Virus record (IMG/VR): IMGVR_UViG_3300048856_000062
Location: 1 to 43,837 of that record
Direction: 5' to 3' (one strand)
Source: a virus
Taxonomy: Duplodnaviria > Caudoviricetes
Length of the DNA stretch: 43,837 bases
A program made the position numbers and the translations under genes. Shown piece after piece: positions 17,028 through 26,393 of the stretch (its first letter is position 1; every line of letters begins with the position of its first letter). A model generated the notes under the pieces. The model was not told the DNA's origin. It saw only the letters and a list, made by a program, of their open reading frames with translations, and made no database searches.

Positions 17028-17333
17028 ATGGCCAGCAGCAGTATCCGTGACGGCAAAGGCCACCGCGCCTACCGCCGCCAACAAGCCGCCCTGAAGCGCC
17101 GCACCGCGCACGAGAACCTACCCTGCGGGTACGGCTCACCCACCGGCGAGGGATGCGGTCAGCCGATCGACACCACCCTCCCGTCGACACACCGCCTGTC
17201 CTTCACAGCCGACCACCCCGAAGCGCTCGACAACGGCGGTCGCCTCGTCGGCCAGGTCCTCGTGCCGATGCACCTGACCTGCAACAGCCGGAAGGGCAAC
17301 CACGCCCCCGCCGAGATCTGGGCCGCCACATAG
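17028..17333 (+). CDS. Packaging-associated HNH endonuclease
   Basis: C...CGQPID...FTADH...HLTCNSRKG; upstream of terminase genes. Confidence 0.8.
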   Translation: MASSSIRDGKGHRAYRRQQAALKRRTAHENLPCGYGSPTGEGCGQPIDTTLPSTHRLSFTADHPEALDNGGRLVGQVLVPMHLTCNSRKGNHAPAEIWAAT

Positions 17334-17348
17334 ACCGAGAGGATCCCG

Positions 17349-17861
17349 ATGCCGCACCTCGACATCTACCAGCGAGCCGACGACCGATGGGCATGGCGCC
17401 TCGTCGCCGACAACCACCACATCCTCGCCACCGACGGCGGCCAGGGCTACGAGAACCAGGCCGACTGCGGAGAGATCGCCCTCACCATCATCAGCGGCCA
17501 CTACCGCCCGAGACCACAGGGAGCGCCCGTGACCAGCAGCAAGCACGTCGACGTCGTCATCGCACACGGAGACCCCAACACCACCCAGGCAGAGACGACC
17601 GACCAGGAGCCCGAGCACACCGACGCCGCACCCGCCCCCGACTGGCGCATCGTCCTCCTCGCACGCACCAAGCAGGAAGGCCTGGACGAGGCCAGGCAGA
17701 GAGGCTTCACCCCCGCCGCTGTGGTCACCCCACGCTCACTCGACGCCGCACGCGGCATCACCGCAGACGAGATCGTCGTCTCAGCCGCACTCACCGACGA
17801 GCAGCGCGACCAGCTCATGCCGCACGCACTCCCAACGGTTGCGACCTCCAGGACCACGTAG
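17349..17861 (+). CDS. DUF1508/YegP-like N-terminal domain fused to an unknown domain
   Basis: IYQRADDRWAWRLVADNHHILATDGGQGY pattern. Confidence 0.65.
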   Translation: MPHLDIYQRADDRWAWRLVADNHHILATDGGQGYENQADCGEIALTIISGHYRPRPQGAPVTSSKHVDVVIAHGDPNTTQAETTDQEPEHTDAAPAPDWRIVLLARTKQEGLDEARQRGFTPAAVVTPRSLDAARGITADEIVVSAALTDEQRDQLMPHALPTVATSRTT

Positions 17862-17894
17862 ACCGGGGACAAGCTGTCCTGCCAGGATGTGCAC

Positions 17895-18563
17895 ATGCTC
17901 TCCGGAACGTGCGCCTTCTGCGGCAATCAGACTCACTTCACTGCTCGAAGCGGGCGCGCAATCACTGACGGTAACTACGGGAAGGATCAACCCATGCGGG
18001 TTGAGATCGCCGCGACGTGCGACGCGTGCCAGCGCTTCAACGTGGCCATTGGCCAGAGCTCGGCGCATCGACCCAATGGAATCGCCGGGGGAACGATCCT
18101 CGACGTCACAGCGGCTGTGCGAGAGGGGGAAGCCATGACGATCGCGTCCTGGTCACCGCCCGCCATGCGTCCTGTCGAGACTTCGTTCATCCCAGACGGT
18201 GTCGCCGGGTACTTCAAGGAGGCACACGACGCTTTCAGCATCGGCGCCTACCGAGGTGTCCTCCTGCTGGTACGAAGTGCTATCGAAGCCACCGCGAAGG
18301 ACCGAGGCATCGAGTCGGGGTCGCTCGTCCAGAAGATCAACAAGCTGCACGACGAGGGTCACGTTAGGCGTGGCACGAAAGACATGGCCCACGCGCTCCG
18401 TATTCTCGGCAACGACATGGCTCATGGGGACATTGATGACGTCCCGACACAGGAAGACGCCGACGACGCTCTCACCATCGCCCGATTCGTTCTCGACGAC
18501 GTCTACGTTGCAGACGCACGCCGAGCAGACATGATGGCTCGACGCCAGCCGCCCGAGGCCTGA
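17895..18563 (+). CDS. DUF4145 (HEPN-like) protein with N-terminal Zn ribbon
   Basis: CAFC...CDAC; FKEAHDAF...LVRSAIE...LVQKINKL...LRILGNDMAH; TGc-CAGGAT-N6-ATG. Confidence 0.82.
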   Translation: MLSGTCAFCGNQTHFTARSGRAITDGNYGKDQPMRVEIAATCDACQRFNVAIGQSSAHRPNGIAGGTILDVTAAVREGEAMTIASWSPPAMRPVETSFIPDGVAGYFKEAHDAFSIGAYRGVLLLVRSAIEATAKDRGIESGSLVQKINKLHDEGHVRRGTKDMAHALRILGNDMAHGDIDDVPTQEDADDALTIARFVLDDVYVADARRADMMARRQPPEA

Positions 18564-18682
18564 GAGAAAATCCAGTAACTCTCTATCGCTGCCCACCTCC
18601 CGCGCGGTCCTGGCGTGTTTCTCCCCGCTCACGAACGCGCGTGACGCTCGATGCCCGATGACGCGCGATGGAGGTGCCCCGG

Positions 18683-19138
18683 ATGCCCCCTCCCAGAGCT
18701 GCCTGCGGCACGTACGGGGCGTATCGGCGCCATCTGAAGCACCACGAGCCGGTGGATGCGGCCTGTCGAGCGGCACAGAAGGCCCACGATGGGGCTCGAT
18801 CGACGTCGACGGAGTCCCGGGCGGCTCGCGCGGCGTCGAAGAAGCCTCCGGCGGGCGATGACGGGCCCCCGGAGGCCCCTACGCCGACTCCTACGACGTC
18901 CGAGGGGCACGTTTCGCGGGTCGAGGTGCTGAAGGAGATGCTCGAGGACTCTCGGGCGCTCGTGAAGGCGCTGATGAAGTCCGATCCGGCGCGTGCGTAC
19001 CTGCAGCAGCGGGAGCAGCGCGAGATCATCCGCGAGATCGCGGAGTTGCAGGGCAATGGGCAGGTGAAGGGGGTCACGCTTGCAGACCAGCTCGCCGAAG
19101 TCCGAGCTCGTAGGCTCGCAGCGGCCGCGAATTCATAG
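18683..19138 (+). CDS. Probable terminase small subunit
   Basis: GGAGGT RBS; overlaps the large subunit start; C-terminal LADQLAEVRARR. Confidence 0.7.
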   Translation: MPPPRAACGTYGAYRRHLKHHEPVDAACRAAQKAHDGARSTSTESRAARAASKKPPAGDDGPPEAPTPTPTTSEGHVSRVEVLKEMLEDSRALVKALMKSDPARAYLQQREQREIIREIAELQGNGQVKGVTLADQLAEVRARRLAAAANS

Positions 19139-20633
19139 GCTCCCGCAGCGTGCGGGCTCGCTCGGCGACGAAGCTCTCGACCTCTGGTACCTCGCGGGCA
19201 AGAAGAGCGATCCATGGCAGGAGCTGTCGCTCGATTCGATCTTCTCGATCGACGCGTTCGGGCGGTGGGTGTGCACCGAGCACGGCGAGCTCGTAGCCCG
19301 CCAGAACGGCAAGGGTGACGTGCTGTCGCCGGCCACGATGGCGCACCTGTACCTGTGGCCGAAGCCCGACGGCGAGCCGAAGACGATCGTGCACACGGCC
19401 CACCAGTTCAAGACCGCCCGCGAGGCGTTCCTTCGGCTGCGGCGCGTGATCCAGTCGTCGGCGATCCTGATGGGCGAGGTCACCCGCATCTCGACCGCGC
19501 ACGGCGAGGAAGGCTTCGAGCTCGCGAACGGGAATCGCCTGCTCTACCTGGCGCGCTCGGCGAACTCGGGCGTCGGCTTCACCACCGACGTGCTGATCGT
19601 TGACGAGGCGCAGCAGATGGCGCAGGCCGCACTCGACGCGCTGCTGCCCACGATGTCGGCCGTCGACAACACGCAGATCATCTACACCGGCACCGTGCCC
19701 GACGAGCTGAACGACTCCGAGGTGTGGGAAGGCGTGCGCGACCGCGGCCGCTCCGGGTCCGACCCGCGCACCGGCTGGATGGAGTTCAGCCCGCCCGGCG
19801 CCGAGAATCCCGACCTCGCCGACAAGATCGACATCCGCGACGAGGCCAACTGGCCCTACGGCAATCCGGGCCTCGGATACCGGCCGGGCCTCACCAGGGA
19901 GACGATTGAGGACGAGATCTCGCGCCTCTCACCCGAGTCCGTGCGCAGGCTGCGGCTGAACATCTGGCCGAACCGCCGCCCGGTCGTCGAAGCGAAGCTG
20001 TCCGAGCTCGACCTCGAGGTGTGGAAGCGTCACGCTCGCGAGGACGCTGCCGTCGTGGGCGATGGCGTCGTGCTGTCGGTAGCGGTGGGCCGCGGCGCCG
20101 GCTACGCCACCATCTGCAAGGCCGTGCGCCTCGACTCCGATCACATCGCGGTCGAGCACCACAAGACCGATCGCGGCACCCGCTGGTTGGCCGGCGACCT
20201 CAAGCAGTTGAAGGCCGACCTCGGCAACGCGCTCGTCGTCCTCGACACGAAGAACGCATCCGCTGTGATCGCGTCGCTCGAGCAGGCCGGGGTGAAGTTC
20301 CTCTCGCTGAACCTCGACGAGCTCGCGGCCGCCCACGCGCTCTTCATCGAGCACTCGAACGCCGGCCTCATCCCGCACCGACCGCAAGAAGAAGTCACCA
20401 AGTCGCTCCAGTTCGCCACCACGCGCCCCCTGGGGCGAGCGGGGCACACCTGGGATCAGTCGGACCCGACGAAGCCAATCACGATGGCGCAGGGCGTCAC
20501 GTGGGCGCATTACGGCGTCCTGAAGTCCGAGGCGGGCCCGAAGAAGAACACCCCGCCGCCTCCCGCGGCGGCTCTGCTCATGCGCGAGACGCTCGCGGAC
20601 CACGAACCCGACCTCAGGACGCTGGGGTTCTAG
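19080..20633 (+). CDS. Terminase large subunit
   Basis: Walker A VARQNGKG, Walker B LIVDEAQ, YTGT, PWQE. Confidence 0.93.
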   Translation: MQTSSPKSELVGSQRPRIHRLPQRAGSLGDEALDLWYLAGKKSDPWQELSLDSIFSIDAFGRWVCTEHGELVARQNGKGDVLSPATMAHLYLWPKPDGEPKTIVHTAHQFKTAREAFLRLRRVIQSSAILMGEVTRISTAHGEEGFELANGNRLLYLARSANSGVGFTTDVLIVDEAQQMAQAALDALLPTMSAVDNTQIIYTGTVPDELNDSEVWEGVRDRGRSGSDPRTGWMEFSPPGAENPDLADKIDIRDEANWPYGNPGLGYRPGLTRETIEDEISRLSPESVRRLRLNIWPNRRPVVEAKLSELDLEVWKRHAREDAAVVGDGVVLSVAVGRGAGYATICKAVRLDSDHIAVEHHKTDRGTRWLAGDLKQLKADLGNALVVLDTKNASAVIASLEQAGVKFLSLNLDELAAAHALFIEHSNAGLIPHRPQEEVTKSLQFATTRPLGRAGHTWDQSDPTKPITMAQGVTWAHYGVLKSEAGPKKNTPPPPAAALLMRETLADHEPDLRTLGF

Positions 20634-20646
20634 ACGAGGAGGCGCA

Positions 20647-21924
20647 GTGGCCGAGATCGGATACCAGGCCGACGGCGGACTCCTTGGATGGGCAGCCCTC
20701 CTCGGTGCCGTCCACGAAACGAACCCTGAACTGCAGTGGCCGCAGTCGTTGAACGTGTTCGACAAGATGCGGCGCGAGGACCCCCAGGTGAAGTCGGTCC
20801 TCCGCGCCGTCACCCTCCCCATCATGCGCACCGAGTGGTCGATCGACGGCGCCGGATGCCGCGACGAGGTCACCCAGTTCATCGCGAACAGCCTCGGTCT
20901 GCCCGTGAAGGGACAGGAGCGCGTGGCGCCGCTGCGCACCAAGGGCCGGTTCTCGTGGAAGGAGCACCTGCGGCTGGCGCTGCTCGAGCTCGTCTACGGG
21001 CACAGCTTCTTCGAGCAGGTCTACGACCAGAGCAATGGCGACACGCGGCTCGCGAAGCTCGCATGGCGGCCGCCGCGCACCATTTCCGACATCGTCGTTG
21101 CCGAAGACGGCGGGCTTGAGGCCATCAAGCAGTACGGCAAGGTCGGCGCGAGCGACGTGAAGATCCCAGTCGACCGACTCGTCGCCTACGTGAACGAGCG
21201 AGAAGGTGCCAACTGGCTCGGCGAGTCCCTGCTCCGCTCCGCTTACAAGATGTGGGTGCTGAAGGACCGTGTACTGCGCATCCAGGCGCTCACCGCAGAG
21301 CGGAATGGTCTCGGTCTCCCGGTGTTCACAGCCGCCGCCCCGCCGGAAGGGGCCACGTTTGAGCAGGCCGTCGAGTGGATGGACAAGGAGATCGCTCGCG
21401 GTCTCGCCATCGCGAAGGCCGTGCGAGCTGGCGAGGCAGCCGGTGCCTCCCTGGCGCAAGGCTCCACGCTGCTCTTCCAGGGCGTCGTCGGGGATCTCCC
21501 CGACACCGACAAGCCGATTCGGTACTACGACGAGCAGATCGCCCGCGCGGTGCTGGCGCACTTCCTGAACCTCGGCACCGAGACAGGGTCGTGGGCGCTC
21601 GGCTCGACGTTCGCGAACTTCTTCACCGACTCGCTGAACGGAATCGCGCAGCACATCGAGGACGTCACCAATCAGCACGTCATCGAGGACCTCGTCGACT
21701 TCAACTGGGGCCCGACCGAGCCGGCACCTCGGCTCGTGGCCGCGGCGATCGGCGAGCAGCAGCTTGTCACCGCGGAGGCCATCAAGGCGCTCATCGAGTC
21801 CGGCGCGATTGAGCCCGACGAGCCGCTCGAGGTGTTCGTCCGCGAGAAGTACGGGCTGCCCGTGAAGGACTCCACCACCACCAGGGCCCGACCCATCCCC
21901 GCCGCCAAGGAGGCTGCAGCATGA
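20647..21924 (+). CDS. Portal protein (Mu gp29/DUF935-like)
   Basis: Follows terminase; MRREDPQV, YGHSFFE, GESLLRSAY, IRYYDEQIARAVL, GSWALG. Confidence 0.88.
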   Translation: MAEIGYQADGGLLGWAALLGAVHETNPELQWPQSLNVFDKMRREDPQVKSVLRAVTLPIMRTEWSIDGAGCRDEVTQFIANSLGLPVKGQERVAPLRTKGRFSWKEHLRLALLELVYGHSFFEQVYDQSNGDTRLAKLAWRPPRTISDIVVAEDGGLEAIKQYGKVGASDVKIPVDRLVAYVNEREGANWLGESLLRSAYKMWVLKDRVLRIQALTAERNGLGLPVFTAAAPPEGATFEQAVEWMDKEIARGLAIAKAVRAGEAAGASLAQGSTLLFQGVVGDLPDTDKPIRYYDEQIARAVLAHFLNLGTETGSWALGSTFANFFTDSLNGIAQHIEDVTNQHVIEDLVDFNWGPTEPAPRLVAAAIGEQQLVTAEAIKALIESGAIEPDEPLEVFVREKYGLPVKDSTTTRARPIPAAKEAAA

Positions 21925-23210
21925 CACGCACCGAGACGTGGCCGAACCGATTCTGGGGTAGCCACGACCTGCCGAAGACCAAGCGCGAGTTCTTCGACGC
22001 GGTCGTGGCACCCCCGCCCAGTGGAGACACCCCGCAGATCGCCACCATCCGCCTCTACGGCCCGATCGACTCCTGGGGTGGCTACTGGGGCATCTCCGCG
22101 AAAGACGTCGGTGGCGTGCTGGACGCGCTCCCCGAGTCGGTCTCCCAAATCATCCTGCGAATCAACTCGCCGGGTGGCCATGTGTTCGAGGGCATCTCGA
22201 TCATGAATCTCCTCCGCGCGCACCGCGCGAAGGTCACCGCGGTGGTCGACGGCCTCGCCGCCTCCGCCGCATCCGTCATCGCCGCCGGCGCTGACGACAC
22301 CGTGATGTCGCCCGGCACGCAGATGATGATCCACTGCACCTCGACCATCGTCTGGGGCAACGCGGCCGACATGCGCAAGGAGGCCGCAGTACTCGAGGGT
22401 CTCGATCGCTCCCTCACCGAGATCTACACGGCCAAGGCGGGCGAGAAGGACTGGGCCGCGCTGCTCGCCGACGAGACCTGGCTTACCGCTGCCGAAGCGG
22501 TCACCGAGGGTCTCGCGAACCGTGTAGCCGTCATCCCCGACGCAGGTGAGACCGAGACCGTCGGCGACGAGGACGAAGACGAGCTGCTGGTCGTGCCCGA
22601 CGAGGAGGAGCCCGAAGACATCGCGGCCGCCCGCGTCATTCGGTTCGCAGCCCGGACCCGCCCGATTCCGACCGCGGCTCACACCGCCCCCAAGCCCCCG
22701 AGCTCGTCCGAGCCGGGTGAACCCAACCAGAAGGAGAATGTCGTGGGATACGACGACCTGAAGGCTGGCCTCCGCGAGCGGCTCGGCGTGACCGATGCCG
22801 CAGCCTCGGACGAGACGCTGCTCGCAGCGCTCGACGAGTCGCTCGAGGAGCAGGCCGACACCATCACCCCCCCTGCCGCTCTGCCGAACGGCACCGTGGC
22901 CATCGACGCGACTGTGCTCGCCGACCTGCAGTCCAACGCTCGCGCAGGCGCCGAGGCGCGCGCCGAACAGGACAGCGCCCGCCGTGACGCCATCGTCAGG
23001 GACGCCATGCGCGAGGGCCGGATCACCGCGGCCTCCCGCGACACCTGGCGGGCGCAGCTGGACGCCGACGAACAGGGCACCACCAAGCTGCTCGGCTCGC
23101 TCGCGACCAACACCGTCCCTGTGGTCGAGATCGGCCACTCCGACACCCTCACCAGCGCCGACGACGCCCTGTACGGGAACGTCTACGGCTCCGAGAAGAT
23201 CGAGGCCTAG
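21921..23210 (+). CDS. ClpP-like head maturation protease fused to scaffold
   Basis: INSPGG, DGLAASAAS, MMIH, ETWLTAAEA; helical C-terminal region. Confidence 0.9.
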   Translation: MTRTETWPNRFWGSHDLPKTKREFFDAVVAPPPSGDTPQIATIRLYGPIDSWGGYWGISAKDVGGVLDALPESVSQIILRINSPGGHVFEGISIMNLLRAHRAKVTAVVDGLAASAASVIAAGADDTVMSPGTQMMIHCTSTIVWGNAADMRKEAAVLEGLDRSLTEIYTAKAGEKDWAALLADETWLTAAEAVTEGLANRVAVIPDAGETETVGDEDEDELLVVPDEEEPEDIAAARVIRFAARTRPIPTAAHTAPKPPSSSEPGEPNQKENVVGYDDLKAGLRERLGVTDAAASDETLLAALDESLEEQADTITPPAALPNGTVAIDATVLADLQSNARAGAEARAEQDSARRDAIVRDAMREGRITAASRDTWRAQLDADEQGTTKLLGSLATNTVPVVEIGHSDTLTSADDALYGNVYGSEKIEA

Positions 23211-23213
23211 GTC

Positions 23214-23576
23214 ATGCCCAAGAGCTACCTGCCCCTGTTCCGTCCGGGCGACACCGTCACGTTCAACGTGACGGCCGCCGTCGCCGCCGGCCAGGTCGTC
23301 GAGGTCGGTACCGCCGACATGTCGGTCACGCCGGCCGCTGCTGCCTCCGCGAAGTACGTCGGCATCGCTGGCCACGACGCGGCTGTGGGCGACAAGGTGA
23401 CCGTCGAGATCGGCAAGCCCATCCACGAGCTGAAGGCCACCGGGGCGATCACCCGCGGCCAGAAGCTCGAGGCCGCAGCAGCCGGGAGCGTCCGTACGCT
23501 CGCTGCCGGTTCCGCGATCTTCCTCGCCCTTACGTCCGCCCCCGACGCCGGCCTCGTCCGCGCCATCCAGCTCTAG
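23214..23576 (+). CDS. Capsid decoration/cement protein (DUF2190-like)
   Basis: Small Ala/Gly/Val-rich protein between protease and capsid; GIAGHDAAVGDKVTV. Confidence 0.72.
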   Translation: MPKSYLPLFRPGDTVTFNVTAAVAAGQVVEVGTADMSVTPAAAASAKYVGIAGHDAAVGDKVTVEIGKPIHELKATGAITRGQKLEAAAAGSVRTLAAGSAIFLALTSAPDAGLVRAIQL

Positions 23577-23589
23577 AAGGGAGACCAAG

Positions 23590-24504
23590 ATGCAGACCTA
23601 CCCGCTGACCCCCAGCCAGCTCGCCAACGTATCGGCAGCTGACCTGGTCGCGTTCCTGAAGTCGCCGACGCTCATCGCGCGGCGCTTCGCGGAGATCCTG
23701 CAGGCACAGCAGTTCCTCGGACTGTTCCTGCTGCAGGGCCGCTACACCATCACGGGCGGCGCCATCGGCGTCCCCATCAACGAGGTCATCCGCGCTCAGC
23801 GCGGGGCCGAGATCGTCGCCCCGGGCTCGGAGTACAAGCTCACGCCCATGTCGGCGGAGGAGTACGAGTTCTACTCCGCGATGAAGGAGGGCCTCGCAAC
23901 GGAGGTGACCGACGAGCAGGTCGGCCGTCTCCTGCGGCAGCCGATCGACGACGCGTTCACCTTCCTGCAGACCGAGCTCGTGTTCTCCGCGAACGACGCC
24001 GCCCTCGGCGCCATCGCATCGTCGATCACGAACACCGTCGCTGCCGGCGGCGTGTGGACGACCGGCAAGCAGGTCTACAAGGACGCGCTCCGTGTCAAGG
24101 CGCGCGTCCGGAAGCAGAAGCTCGGCTACGACGTCGACACCGTCATCCTCCCCGGCGAGCTGTACGCCGAGGTCATCCCCGAGCTCATGGAGATCCTGCC
24201 GAAGGACAGCGCGCAGGCCCTCACCGACGGCTTCCCGTCGATCGGCGGTCTGACATGGCTGCCCGACGACGGCGACGACATCGCGGACCCGCTGTTCCTG
24301 GACCGGCGCCGCCTCGGTGGCATCGCTCGCGAGCAGATCCCCTCGCCGGAGTACCGCGCCATCGGCGGGGACACCGGCGTCGAGATCGCCACGATCCGCG
24401 AGCCGAAGGCCGACAAGACCCGGCTGCAGGCGCGGAACGTGCACGTGCCGATCGTCACGAACCCGCTGGCCGGGTTCTACCTCACCGGAACGGAGGCCCC
24501 GTGA
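23590..24504 (+). CDS. Major capsid protein
   Basis: 304 aa, strong RBS, expected position; EIVAPGSEY and HVPIVTNPLA motifs. Confidence 0.85.
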   Translation: MQTYPLTPSQLANVSAADLVAFLKSPTLIARRFAEILQAQQFLGLFLLQGRYTITGGAIGVPINEVIRAQRGAEIVAPGSEYKLTPMSAEEYEFYSAMKEGLATEVTDEQVGRLLRQPIDDAFTFLQTELVFSANDAALGAIASSITNTVAAGGVWTTGKQVYKDALRVKARVRKQKLGYDVDTVILPGELYAEVIPELMEILPKDSAQALTDGFPSIGGLTWLPDDGDDIADPLFLDRRRLGGIAREQIPSPEYRAIGGDTGVEIATIREPKADKTRLQARNVHVPIVTNPLAGFYLTGTEAP

Positions 24505-24887
24505 TGGCGAAGCAGCACATCGTGACCGCGGCCGCAGTGAAGGTGTCCATCGGCGGCGCAGGCGGCAACCGCATCGCTCAGTTCCTGCGCCGTGGCGACG
24601 TCGTTCCCGAGGGTGTCGTCGACGAGCAGCTCGAGCGGCTCGAGGAGCGCGGCCTCATCGCCGAGCTGCCCGATGCCGAGGAGATCCTCGCCGTCGAGCT
24701 CGCCGAGCAGGCCGAGCGCGAAGCGATCGCGCAGGCCGCGTTCGACACGAAGGTGGCTGAGGCCGCTCAGCAGCTCGTCGCCGAACGCGACGCTCAGAAG
24801 CCCGCATCCGACCAGGCCGCGGCCGCCAACAGCCAGACGCCGGCGACCCCGGCCAAGGCACCCGCGGCCAAGACCGCCGCGAAGTAG
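24504..24887 (+). CDS. Head-associated hypothetical protein
   Basis: TGATG-coupled; RGDVVPEG...LERLEERGLI. Confidence 0.7.
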   Translation: MAKQHIVTAAAVKVSIGGAGGNRIAQFLRRGDVVPEGVVDEQLERLEERGLIAELPDAEEILAVELAEQAEREAIAQAAFDTKVAEAAQQLVAERDAQKPASDQAAAANSQTPATPAKAPAAKTAAK

Positions 24888-24905
24888 CAGGAAGGGGGCG
24901 GTGCC

Positions 24906-25265
24906 GTGATCAAGCCTGACCAGCTCGGAGACGACGAAGACCTCGCCCGCGAGGTTCTCATCGTGGCCCGCGACATCGCCCCCCTCCTCGACTCGTTCCC
25001 CGACGAGTCCGAAGACCAGAAGAACGCGCTCGCCATCCTGCGGCGCGTCTACCGCGACCTCGCCGCCCGCGGCTCGTTCCTCGTGAAGGGCCAGGGCATC
25101 GGGTCGGCGCGCATCGAGTACAGCGCGATCCTGTCCGCCTTCGACGGGCAGCCCACGCGTGCGCTCCGGGCGCTCGGTGGCGCAGACACAACCGACCGTG
25201 GGTCTTCCGGGTCGTTCCCCACCGAGCGGCCGCTGAAGCAGTTCTGGCCGGAGACGTACTCGTGA
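24906..25265 (+). CDS. Head-to-tail adaptor
   Basis: Synteny and size. Confidence 0.65.
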   Translation: MIKPDQLGDDEDLAREVLIVARDIAPLLDSFPDESEDQKNALAILRRVYRDLAARGSFLVKGQGIGSARIEYSAILSAFDGQPTRALRALGGADTTDRGSSGSFPTERPLKQFWPETYS

Positions 25266-25624
25266 GCATGACGTTCCCGTTCGGCCGTGACCTGCTCCGT
25301 GAGCGCGCGGGCCTCATGCCAGACCCCTACAGCCCCACAGAGCAGATTCGCGGCGACTGGGAGCACCCCGAGGAGCCCTTGCCGATCCCCGGCGCGTTCA
25401 TCGCGCAGACCTCGACGTCGCTGCTGAAGACCGCCACACGTGATCAAGCGGCCGAGTCGAAGTCGCTGTTCTGCGAGGGCAGCGCCGACGTCCAGAAGGG
25501 CGATCGCATCCGTGATGGCGACATCGTCTACACGATCGACGGCATCCCGCCCGCGGCAGACTCCAACCCCTTCTCCGGGTGGACGCCGCCGCGTGAGATT
25601 CCGCTGACCAGGACGGTCGGCTGA
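25262..25624 (+). CDS. Head-to-tail stopper
   Basis: DPYS...DW and DVQKGDRIR...YTIDGIP patterns; synteny. Confidence 0.72.
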   Translation: MSMTFPFGRDLLRERAGLMPDPYSPTEQIRGDWEHPEEPLPIPGAFIAQTSTSLLKTATRDQAAESKSLFCEGSADVQKGDRIRDGDIVYTIDGIPPAADSNPFSGWTPPREIPLTRTVG

Positions 25625-25638
25625 CTGAAGGAGAGCTC

Positions 25639-25929
25639 ATGCCTCGCGCTGGCCAAACGGTCGTGCAGTTCAACGACTTCTACTTCGACGAGATCCTCAA
25701 GTCCGCGCAGGTCGAGAACCTCACCCGCGAGGCAGCGCAGCGGGCGCTGGCCATCGCCAGAGCCACCGCCCCAGTCGACGAGGGCGACTACAAGCGGGGA
25801 CTGCACATCGAGGAGAAGGAAACGCCCTACCGGACGGTGGTGCGCGTGGTCGGCAGTGACGCCAAGACCCTCCTGATCGAGTCCAAGACCGGCAACCTCG
25901 CCCGGGCGCTGAAGGCGGCGAAGCAGTGA
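25639..25929 (+). CDS. HK97 gp10-like neck protein
   Basis: ARATAPVDEGDYK...LLIESKTGNLARAL. Confidence 0.72.
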   Translation: MPRAGQTVVQFNDFYFDEILKSAQVENLTREAAQRALAIARATAPVDEGDYKRGLHIEEKETPYRTVVRVVGSDAKTLLIESKTGNLARALKAAKQ

Positions 25930-26345
25930 GAGTCACACCACCTGACCTCGAGCTGTGGCTGACCGGGTACGTACGAGATCTCGCGTTCGAAGAAGACCTC
26001 GACGTCGACGTCAGCAACAAGGAGCACTCCGGTCTGGCTCTGCCACTGAAGCGACCGCTGATAGTCATCCGCGACGACGCCGGGGCCCGCCTCGAGCACA
26101 CCACGTTCGATCGCTCAATCGGCGCATCCGTGCTCGCGGGGTCGAAGCAGAACGACAAGCCTGCAAACGACCTCGCCCGATGGGTCGCCGGCGTCCTCTT
26201 CGACCTCGACCTCCCGCTCGTCGATGGAACCCCAATCGCTGCCGTCGTGCTCGACGGATGCAACGGCCCCTACGCCGTCGCGGACCAGCTCGACGTCGCT
26301 CGCCGGTACCTCACCGCGCAGTACGTCGTCACCGGCTCCTGGTGA
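25926..26345 (+). CDS. Tail terminator
   Basis: Synteny before the major tail gene; PLIVIRDDAG. Confidence 0.7.
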   Translation: MRVTPPDLELWLTGYVRDLAFEEDLDVDVSNKEHSGLALPLKRPLIVIRDDAGARLEHTTFDRSIGASVLAGSKQNDKPANDLARWVAGVLFDLDLPLVDGTPIAAVVLDGCNGPYAVADQLDVARRYLTAQYVVTGSW

Positions 26346-26393
26346 GCCACCACCACACCCAATGAGCCCGCGTCGCGGGAGAAGGAGAAGACC

